Part shown: one piece after another, positions 36,001-45,795 of the stretch
Layout: every line of letters begins with the position of its first letter
Position numbering within the stretch: the first letter of the stretch is position 1
NCBI GenBank assembly: GCA_964016885.1
Contig: OZ024743.1
Coordinates: 353,648,001-353,712,000 of the forward strand
Reading direction: 5' to 3'
DNA from: Eledone cirrhosa
Taxonomy: Eukaryota
DNA: 64,000 nt
The notes under the pieces: generated by a model
Seen by the model: only the letters and a program-made list of their open reading frames with translations
What the model was told of the DNA's origin: nothing
Databases searched by the model: none
Position numbers and translations under genes: made by a program

Positions 36001-39000
36001 AACACTGCCAATAATAACACCACCACAAGAACCATTTCAATACAAACCCTTCCATGATACTGCCCATATCAACACCACCATAACACTGCCAACAATAACA
36101 CCACCACAAGAACCATTTCAATACAAAAACTTCCATGATGCTGCCATACCAACAACACCATAACACTGCCAACAATAACACCACCACAAGAACTATTTCA
36201 ATACAAACCCTTCCATGAAACTGCCCATACCAACACCACAATAACACTGCCGACAATAACACCACCACAAGAACCATTTCAATACAAACACTTCCATGAT
36301 GCTGCCATACCAACAACACAATAACACTGTCAACAATAACACCACCACAAGAACCATTTCAATACAAACACTTCCATGATGCTACCCATACCAACCACAC
36401 CATAACACTGTCAACAATAACACCACCACGAGAACCATTTCAATACAAACACTTCCATGATGCTACCCATACCAACCACACCATAACACTGTCAACAATA
36501 ACACCACCACAAGAACCATTTCAATACAAACACTTCCATGATGCTGCCATACCAACAACACCATAACACTGCCAACAATAACACCACCACAAGAACTATT
36601 TCAATACAACCCTTCCATGAAACTGCCCATACCAACACCACAATAACACTGCCAACAATAACACCACCACAAGAACCATTTCAATACAAACACTTCCATG
36701 ATGCTACCCATACCAACCACACCATAACACTGTCAACAATAACACCACCACAAGAACCATTTCAATACAAACACTTCCATGATGCTACCCATACCAACCA
36801 CACCATAACACTGTCAACAATAACACCACCACAAGAACCATTTCAATACAAACACTTCCATGATGCTGCCATACCAACAACACCATAACACTGCCAACAA
36901 TAACACCACCACAAGAACTATTTCAATACAAACCCTTCCATGAAACTGCCCATACCAACACCACAATAACACTGCCGACAATAACACCACCACAAGTACC
37001 ATTTCAATACAAACACTTCCATGATGCTGCCATACCAACAACACAATAACACTGTCAACAATAACACCACCACAAGAACCATTTCAATACAAACACTTCC
37101 ATGATGCTACCCATACCAACCACACCATAACACTGCCAACAATAACACCACCACAAGAACCATTTCAATACAAACACTTCCATGATGCTACCCATACCAA
37201 CCACACCATAACACTGTCAACAATAACACCACCACAAGAACCATTTCAATACAAACACTTCCATGATGCTACCCATACCAACCACACCATAACACTGTCA
37301 ACAATAACACCACCACAAGAACCATTTCAATACAAACCCTTCCATGATACTGCCCATACCAACACCACAATAACACTGCCGACAACAACACCACCACAAG
37401 AATCATTTCAATACAAACACTTCCATGATGCTGCCCTACCAACAACACCATAACACTGCCAACAATAACACCACCACAAGAACCATTTCAATACAAACAC
37501 TTCCATGATGCTGCCCATACCAACAACATCATAACACTGCCAACAATAACACCACCACAAGAACCATTTCAATACAAACACTTCCATGATGCTGCCCATA
37601 CCAACATCACCATAACACTGCCAACAATAACACCACCCCAAGAACTATTTCAATACAAACACTTCCATGATGCTGCCCATACCAACACCACCATAACACT
37701 GCCAACAATAACACCACCCTAAGAACCATTTCAATACAAACACTTCCATGATGCTGCCCATACCACCAACACCATAACACTGCCAACAATAACACCACCA
37801 CAAGAACTATTTCAATACAGACCCTTCCATGATGCTGCCATACCAACAACATCATAACACTGTCAACAATAACACCACCACAAGAACCATTTCAATACAA
37901 ACACATCCATGATGCTGTCATACCAACACCACTATAACACTGCCAACAATAACACCACCACAAGAACCATTTCAATACAAACACTTCCACGATGCTGCCA
38001 TACCAACACCACCATAACACTGTCAACAATAACACCACCATAAGAACCATTTCAATACAAACACTTCCATGATGCTGCCATACCAACAACACTATAACAC
38101 TGTCAACAATAACACCACCACAAGAACCATTTCAATACAAACACTTCCATGATGCTGTCATACCAACAACACTATAACACTGCCAACAATAACACTACCA
38201 CAAGAACCATTTCAATACAAACACTTCCATGATGCTGCCATACCAACACCACCATAACACTGCCAACAATAACACCACCACAAGAACCATTTCAATACAA
38301 ACACTTCCATGATGCTGCCATACCAACAACACCATAACACTGCCAAGAATAACGCCACCACGAGAACCATTTCAATACAAGCACTTCCATGATGTTGCCA
38401 TACCAACAACACCATAACACTGCCGACAACAACACCACCACAAGAACCATTTCAATACAAACCCTTCCATGAAACTGCCCATACCAACACCACAATAACA
38501 CTGCCGACAATAACACCACCACAAGAACCATTTCAATACAAACACTTCCATGATGCTGCCATACCAACAACACCATAACACTGCCAACAATAACACCACC
38601 ACAAGAACTATTTCAATACAAACCCTTCCATGAAACTGCCCATACCAACACCACAATAACACTGCCAACAATAACACCACCACAAGAACTATTTCAATAC
38701 AAACCCTTCCATGAAACTGCCCATACCAACACCACAATAACACTGCCGACAATAACACCACCACAAGAACCATTTCAATATAAACCCTTCCATGAAACTA
38801 CCCATACCAACACCACCATAACACTGCCAATAATAACACCACCACAAGAACCATTTCAATACAAACCCTTCCATGATACTGCCCATATCAACACCACCAT
38901 AACACTGCCAACAATAACACCACCACAAGAACCATTTCAATACAAAAACTTCCATGATGCTGCCATACCAACAACACCATAACACTGCCAACAATAACAC

Positions 39001-41815
39001 CACCACAAGAACTATTTCAATACAAACCCTTCCATGAAACTGCCCATACCAACACCACAATAACACTGCCGACAATAACACCACCACAAGAACCATTTCA
39101 ATACAAACACTTCCATGATGCTGCCATACCAACAACACAATAACACTGTCAACAATAACACCACCACAAGAACCATTTCAATACAAACACTTCCATGATG
39201 CTACCCATACCAACCACACCATAACACTGTCAACAATAACACCACCACAAGAACCATTTCAATACAAACACTTCCATGATGCTACCCATACCAACCACAC
39301 CATAACACTGTCAACAATAACACCACCACAAGAACCATTTCAATACAAACACTTCCATGATGCTGCCATACCAACAACACCATAACACTGCCAACAATAA
39401 CACCACCACAAGAACTATTTCAATACAACCCTTCCATGAAACTGCCCATACCAACACCACAATAACACTGCCGACAATAACACCACCACAAGTACCATTT
39501 CAATACAAACACTTCCATGATGCTGCCATACCAACAACACAATAACACTGTCAACAATAACACCACCACAAGAACCATTTCAATACAAACACTTCCATGA
39601 TGCTACCCATACCAACCACACCATAACACTGCCAACAATAACACCACCACAAGAACCATTTCAATACAAACACTTCCATGATGCTACCCATACCAACCAC
39701 ACCATAACACTGTCAACAATAACACCACCACAAGAACCATTTCAATACAAACACTTCCATGATGCTACCCATACCAACCACACCATAACACTGTCAACAA
39801 TAACACCACCACAAGAACCATTTCAATACAAACACTTCCATGATGCTGCCATACCAACAACACCATAACACTGCCAACAATAACACCACCACAAGAACTA
39901 TTTCAATACAAACCCTTCCATGAAACTGCCCATACCAACACCACAATAACACTGCCGACAATAACACCACCACAAGTACCATTTCAATACAAACACTTCC
40001 ATGATGCTGCCATACCAACAACACAATAACACTGTCAACAATAACACCACCACAAGAACCATTTCAATACAAACACTTCCATGATGCTACCCATACCAAC
40101 CACACCATAACACTGCCAACAATAACACCACCACAAGAACCATTTCAATACAAACACTTCCATGATGCTACCCATACCAACCACACCATAACACTGTCAA
40201 CAATAACACCACCACAAGAACCATTTCAATACAAACCCTTCCATGATACTGCCCATACCAACACCACAATAACACTGCCGACAACAACACCACCACAAGA
40301 ATCATTTCAATACAAACACTTCCATGATGCTGCCCTACCAACAACACCATAACACTGCCAACAATAACACCACCACAAGAACCATTTCAATACAAACACT
40401 TCCATGATGCTGCCCATACCAACAACATCATAACACTGCCAACAATAACACCACCACAAGAACCATTTCAATACAAACCCTTCCATGATGCTGCCCATAC
40501 CAACATCACCATAACACTGCCAACAATAACACCACCCCAAGAACTATTTCAATACAAACACTTCCATGATGCTGCCCATACCAACAACACCATAACACTG
40601 CCAACAATAACACCACCCTAAGAACCATTTCAATACAAACACTTCCATGATGCTGCCCATACCACCAACACCATAACACTGCCAACAATAACACCACCAC
40701 AAGAACTATTTCAATACAGACCCTTCCATGATGCTGCCATACCAACAACATCATAACACTGTCAACAATAACACCACCACAAGAACCATTTCAATACAAA
40801 CACATCCATGATGCTGTCATACCAACACCACTATAACACTGCCAACAATAACACCACCACAAGAACCATTTCAATACAAACACTTCCACGATGCTGCCAT
40901 ACCAACACCACCATAACACTGTCAACAATAACACCACCATAAGAACCATTTCAATACAAACACTTCCATGATGCTGCCATACCAACAACACTATAACACT
41001 GTCAACAATAACACCACCACAAGAACCATTTCAATACAAACACTTCCATGATGCTGTCATACCAACAACACTATAACACTGCCAACAATAACACTACCAC
41101 AAGAACCATTTCAATACAAACACTTCCATGATGCTGCCATACCAACACCACCATAACACTGCCAACAATAACACCACCACAAGAACCATTTCAATACAAA
41201 CACTTCCATGATGCTGCCATACCAACAACACCATAACACTGCCAACAATAACACCACCACAAGGACCATTTCAATACAAACACTTCCATGATGCTGTCAT
41301 ACCAACAACACCATAACACTGTCAACAATAACACCACCACAAGAACCATTTCAATACAAACACTTCCATGATGCTGCCCATACCACCAACACCATAACAC
41401 TGTCAACAATAACACCACCACAAGAACCATTTCAATACAAACACATCCATGATGCTGTCATACCAACACCACCATAACACTGCCAACAATAACACCACCA
41501 CAAGAACCATTTCAATACAAACACTTCCATGATGCTGCCATACCAACAACACCATAACACTGCCAACAATAACACCACCACAAGAACCATTTCAATACAA
41601 ACACTTCCATGATGCTTCCCGTACCAACACCACCATTACACTGCCAATAATAACACCACCACAAGAACCATTTCAATGCAAACACTTCCATGATGCTACC
41701 CATACCAACAACATCATAACACTGCCAACAATAACACCACCACAAGAACCATTTCAATACAAACACTTCCATGATGCTCTCATACCAACACCACCATAAC
41801 ACTGCCAACAATAAA
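1..41815 (+). repeat. Large tandem satellite array, 80-bp consensus monomer with 79- and 81-bp variants, CA-rich on + strand, about 520 monomers; continues beyond window start
   Basis: Monomer AACACTGCCAACAATAACACCACCACAAGAACCATTTCAATACAAACACTTCCATGATGCTGCCATACCAACAACACCAT repeats head-to-tail. 81-mers carry GCCCATACC; 79-mers carry GCTAGATACC or GCCGACATAAC. The last monomer degenerates at about 41810-41860 (AATAAAACTACAACACGATCTTTTCC). Confidence 0.99.
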
Positions 41816-41860
41816 ACTACAACACGATCTTTTCCACTACAAATGAAGTCATGACAATAC

Positions 41861-41904
41861 CAATGCAGTAATATAATTGTTTCAATGCAGTAATATAATT
41901 GTTT
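41861..41904. repeat. Perfect 22-bp tandem duplication at the SINE tail / satellite edge
   Basis: CAATGCAGTAATATAATTGTTT at 41861-41882 and 41883-41904; includes the last bases of the SINE tail. Confidence 0.9.
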
Positions 41905-42086
41905 CTATTTTTGGCACAAGGCCAGCAATTACCCCAGTGCATTACTTGTGATTTATTTTATCGACCCCGTAAGGATGAAAGCAAAGTTAACCCCGGTAGG
42001 ATTTGAAATCAGAACTTAAAAGGTCATAACTATATGCTGCAAAGCACGGTGTCTGGCGCTCTACCGATACTGCCAATCTATCGCCC
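41897..42086 (-). mobile_element. tRNA-derived SINE (short form), full length, possibly chimeric
   Basis: Minus strand reads GGGCGATAGATTGGCAGTATCGG (A-box) ... ATTTCAAATCC (degenerate B-box) ... TTTCATCCTTACGGGGTCGATAAAATAAA ... GGCCTTGTGCCAAAAATAGAAACAATT. Same family as the copies at 45217, 56328 and 58967. Confidence 0.9.
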
Positions 42087-42990
42087 TTCAAAATAATGGC
42101 ATCTCGCATTTATACTTGCGTAGCCGTCTTCCCTACTCCAGCAAAACCTCCGCCCAATCCTTCTGCAGTTCCATCAGGAAATCCGCCGGTGTCTCCAACA
42201 GCTCCCGAGGTTGTCCTTCATGCGTGGGAACAGGAAGAAATCAGAAGGAACCAGGTCAGGGCTGTAGGGTGGGTGTTGTACCACTTTCATTTCCCTGTTG
42301 GTTACTAGTATTGTCTTGTGGCATAGGGCCTTGTCCTGGTGGAAGCACCATTCTTTACTGTTCCACTGCTGCAGGTTTTCCTTCCTCATGTCCTCCCTAA
42401 ACATTTACATAACTTCAAGGTAATATTCCCTATTGACTGTTTGGTCATGAGGAAACTATTCAACGGGAATTGACATTCGTGAATCGAAGAAAGGAAGGAC
42501 TATGGCCTTCTCTTGTGACCTGCTCACCCTTGCTTTCTTGGGCCTGGGGGAGGAAATGTGCAACTCAAGTTGCAAGTCACTGCTTTATTCAGGAAATCAG
42601 AATTAGCCTTTATCATATGGAGATTGTCAGTGCAACATTGCATACGAAACTGCCTCTGGTCATCGGAGAGGATCTTTGGCATGAACTTGGCACAGACTTT
42701 GTGGAGCTCCCGATCTTTGAACAGAATTGTTTCCACTGAACCAATACTAATACCAACATCATTAGATATCATCTGAACAGTAGCTCGACAGTCTTGCATC
42801 ACTAAGCTTTGAACTTCCTCAATGTTTTTCTCCTGTTCAGTTCTTCAAATCTGCATTCATCCTCAACATTTCATTTCCTTCAGAAAATCGTTTAAACCAT
42901 TTGAAGAAACTTGCTTTGCCTCCATAAGCCTCATTTAACATTCCATAATTTCTTGCGTGGTTTTAAAAAGTTTAAAACCTATGATAATTT
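42084..42990 (-). pseudogene. Decayed Tc1/mariner (mariner-type) transposase
   Basis: Minus-strand fragments give an N-terminal HTH (MLNEAYG..FFKWFKRFSEG), ISNDVGISIGSVETIL..LHKVCAKFMPKILSDDQ (WVP-like motif), FHQDKALCH (HDNA-like), HPPYSPDLVPSDFFLFP (YSPDLAPxD motif) and C-terminal YFEG. It carries frameshifts and stops, and I see no TIRs. Confidence 0.93.
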
Positions 42991-43444
42991 TGTGTGTAGC
43001 AGCAGCACCATCGCCGATTCAGGGGCACTACTCTATTGTGTGTTTAACTTTAGTTTAGTTGATGGTCAGTAGTTGTTGAGGCTGAAATATTTTCTGACTC
43101 TGAATGGTCTTGCTATGTTGAGGGTATACATTCGCGAGAACAGGTTCATAGTTTTGGTGAGGCCTAGACTTAACAACGACTTTAAGTCACACATTTTTCT
43201 TGTTCGGTGTGTTAGTTCTGTGACAAATTGAGTAATGTTGATAGTGCTGTTAATAGTCTTCCGCCAGTTTGTGTATCAATGTTGACTGAATGAATGATGT
43301 TGCTAGTTTTGGCAGTACTTGTTTCAGTCTCGTTGAAAGGATGTTGTACCAGTTTTGTGTTGGTGTTACCAGAGTGTTAGGAGCGTTGTTATTGGTTGTG
43401 CCAGTGTAGTGATTGTATTAGTTCTATTGAAAAGATATATTACT

Positions 43445-43530
43445 GGTGGATTGGCAGTATCGGTAGAGGGTCGGACACCATGCTTTGACGCATAGAGTTA
43501 CGGCCCTTGCTATTCTGAGTTCAAATCCCG
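43445..43530 (+). mobile_element. SINE 5' head only (A- and B-box intact), truncated immediately after the B-box
   Basis: GGTGGATTGGCAGTATCGG...GAGTTCAAATCCCG has 3 mismatches in 86 bp to the full copy at 56331-56416. The next bases are satellite. Confidence 0.92.
43452..43528 (+). promoter_or_regulatory. Candidate internal Pol III (type 2) promoter: A-box 43452-43463, B-box 43517-43528
   Basis: TGGCAGTATCGG matches TRGCNNARYNNG loosely; GAGTTCAAATCC matches GTTCRANNC. Activity is not shown. Confidence 0.55.
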
Positions 43531-45130
43531 TTATGGTGGTGTTGGTATGGCAGCATCATGGAAGTGTTAGTATTGAAATGGTTCTTGTGGTGGTGTTATT
43601 GTTGGCAGTGTTATGGTGGTGTTGGTATGGCAGCATGATGGAAGTGTTTGTATTGAAATGGTTCTTGTGGTGGTGTTATTGTTGGCAGTGTTATGGTGGT
43701 GTTGGTATGGCAGCATCATGGAAGTGTTTGTATTGAAATAGTTCTTGTGGTGGTGTTATTGTTGGCAGTGTTATGGTGGTGTTGGTATAGCAGCATCATG
43801 GAAGTGTTTGTATTGAAATGGTTCTTGTGGTGGTGTTATTGTTGGCAGTGTTATGGTGGTGTTGGTATAGCAGCATCATGGAAGTGTTTGTATTGAAATG
43901 GTTCTTGTGGTGGTGTTATTGTTGACAGTGTTATGGTGTTGTTGGTATGGCAGCATCATGGAAGTGTTTTTATTGAAATGGTTCTTGTGGTAGTGTTATT
44001 GTTGGCAGTGTAATGGTGGTGTTGGTATAGCAGCATCATGGAAGTGTTTGTATTGAAATGGTTCTTGTGGTGGTGTTATTGTTGACAGTGTTATGGTGTT
44101 GTTGGTATGGCAGCATCATGGAAGTGTTTTTATTGAAATGGTTCTTGTGGTAGTGTTATTGTTGGCAGTGTTATGGTGGTGTTGGTATAGCAGCATCATG
44201 GAAGTGTTTGTATTGAAATGGTTCTTGTGGTGGTGTTATTGTTGACAGTGTTATGGTATTGTTGGTATGGCAGCATCATGGAAGTGTTTGTATTGAAATG
44301 GTTCTTGTGGTAGTGTTATTGTTGGCAGTGTTATGGTGTTGTTGGTATGGCAGCATCATGGAAGTGTTTGTATTGAAATGGTTCTTGTGGTGGTGTTATT
44401 GTTGACAGTGTTATGATGTTGTTGGTATGACAACATCATGGAAGTGTTTGTCTTGAAATGGTTCTTGTGGTGGTGTTATTGTTGGCACTGTTATGGTGGT
44501 GTTGGTATGACAGCCTCATGGAAGTGTTTGTATTGAAATGGTTCTTGTGGTGGTGTTATTGTTGGCAGTGTTATGGTGTTGTTGGTATGGGCAGTATCAT
44601 GGAAGTGTTTGTCTTGAAATGGTTCTTGTGGTGGTGTTATTGTTGGCACTGTTATGGTGGTGTTGGTATGGGCAGTATCATGGAAGTGTTTGTATTGAAA
44701 TGGTTCTTGTGGTGGTGTTATTGTTGGCAGTGTTATGGTGTTGTTGGTATGGGCAGTATCATGGAAGTGTTTGTATTGAAATGGTTCTTGTGGTGGTGTT
44801 ATTGTTGGCACTGTTATGGTGGTGTTGGTATGGGCAGTATCATGGAAGTGTTTGTCTTGAAATGGTTCTTGTGGTGGTGTTATTGTTGGCAGTATTATGG
44901 TGTTGTTGGTATGGGCAGTATCATGGAAGTGTTTGTCTTGAAATGGTTCTTGTGGTGGTGTTATTGTTGGCAGTGTTATGGTTTTGTTGGTATGGGCAGC
45001 ATCATGGAAGTGGTGGTAGTTTTATTGTCGGCAGTGTTATGGTGGTGTTGGTATTGGTAGCGTAATGGAAGTGTTTGGATTGAAAGGGATCTAGTGGTGG
45101 TTTTATTGTTGGCCGTGTTATAGTGGTGTT
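43531..45130 (-). repeat. Second block of the same 80/81-bp satellite, inverted relative to the main array (about 20 monomers)
   Basis: TTATGGTGGTGTTGGTATGGCAGCATCATGGAAGTGTTTGTATTGAAATGGTTCTTGTGGTGGTGTTATTGTTGGCAGTG is the reverse complement of the main monomer. 80-mers run to about 44590, then 81-mers; degenerate from about 45010. Confidence 0.98.
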
Positions 45131-45216
45131 GTATTTTTAGCCCTATAACAGTGTTTGTGTTAGCAATGTTATTGTGATGTTGGTGTTGATAGTGTTACAG
45201 TATTTATTATGTTGTA

Positions 45217-45379
45217 AGGGTCGCACGCCATGCTTTACAGCATATAATTACGACCCTTTACGATCCGAGTTCAAATCCCGCTGAGGTTAACTTTGCCTTT
45301 CATCCTCACGGGATCGATAAAATAAAGTACCAGTAATGCACTGAGGATAATTGATGGCCTTGTGCCAAAAGTAGAAACA
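45217..45379 (+). mobile_element. 5'-truncated SINE with 11-bp target-site duplication
   Basis: Contains B-box GAGTTCAAATCC, body and tail GGCCTTGTGCCAAAAGTAGAAACA. ATTATGTTGTA flanks it at 45206-45216 and 45380-45390. Confidence 0.92.
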
Positions 45380-45559
45380 ATTATGTTGTATATTGAAAAA
45401 GTGTCGTTAATGTAGTGTTAGTGTTGACATAGTTATACTGGTGTTGAAGTTGGTAGTATGATGGTAGTGTTATATTATAGTACTGTTGGTATTGATGTCG
45501 TTGATGGTAATACTCTGGTTGTTGTTTTTGTTCTAATTATTTGGTCGGAAAACATACGG

Positions 45560-45695
45560 CCAAGGACACTCCAGCCGTAGCTATCTCGTCTTCTCTGGTT
45601 TTATTATGCAATATGTCCTTCAATTTTTAGGTAGGTGGAGTGTGTTTTAAAGGAGATTGGCTACTATTCTTAACAGGTTGAGAGACCACGTATAA
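45560..45695. repeat. Probable old interspersed-repeat fragment
   Basis: CAAGGACACTCCAGCCGTAGCTATCTCGTC...GGAGATTGGCTACTATTCTTAACAGGTTGAGAGACCAC resembles a dispersed cephalopod repeat from memory only. There is no second copy in the window. Confidence 0.3.
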
Positions 45696-45795
45696 AATCA
45701 GCCCCTCATTGTTTTGTTTAAAAGTCCTTTTATCATAGCTTGGTAGTGTGATGGTGGTGTCGGTGTTGGCCATGCAATTATGGTGCTGGTGTTCG

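Noticed and set aside
1-41815. CRISPR-like array (constant repeat with variable segment)
   Set aside because: The whole monomer is repeated, there are no unique spacers or cas genes, and the context is eukaryotic.
278-45065. Hundreds of short W/C/V-rich (or T/P/H-rich) ORFs in the satellite
   Set aside because: They are translations of the 80/81-bp monomer; frame depends only on monomer length, and there is no gene structure.
43445-45379. One SINE split in two by insertion of the small satellite block
   Set aside because: The two pieces overlap (both have the B-box region), differ in sequence, and the 45217 copy has its own 11-bp TSD.
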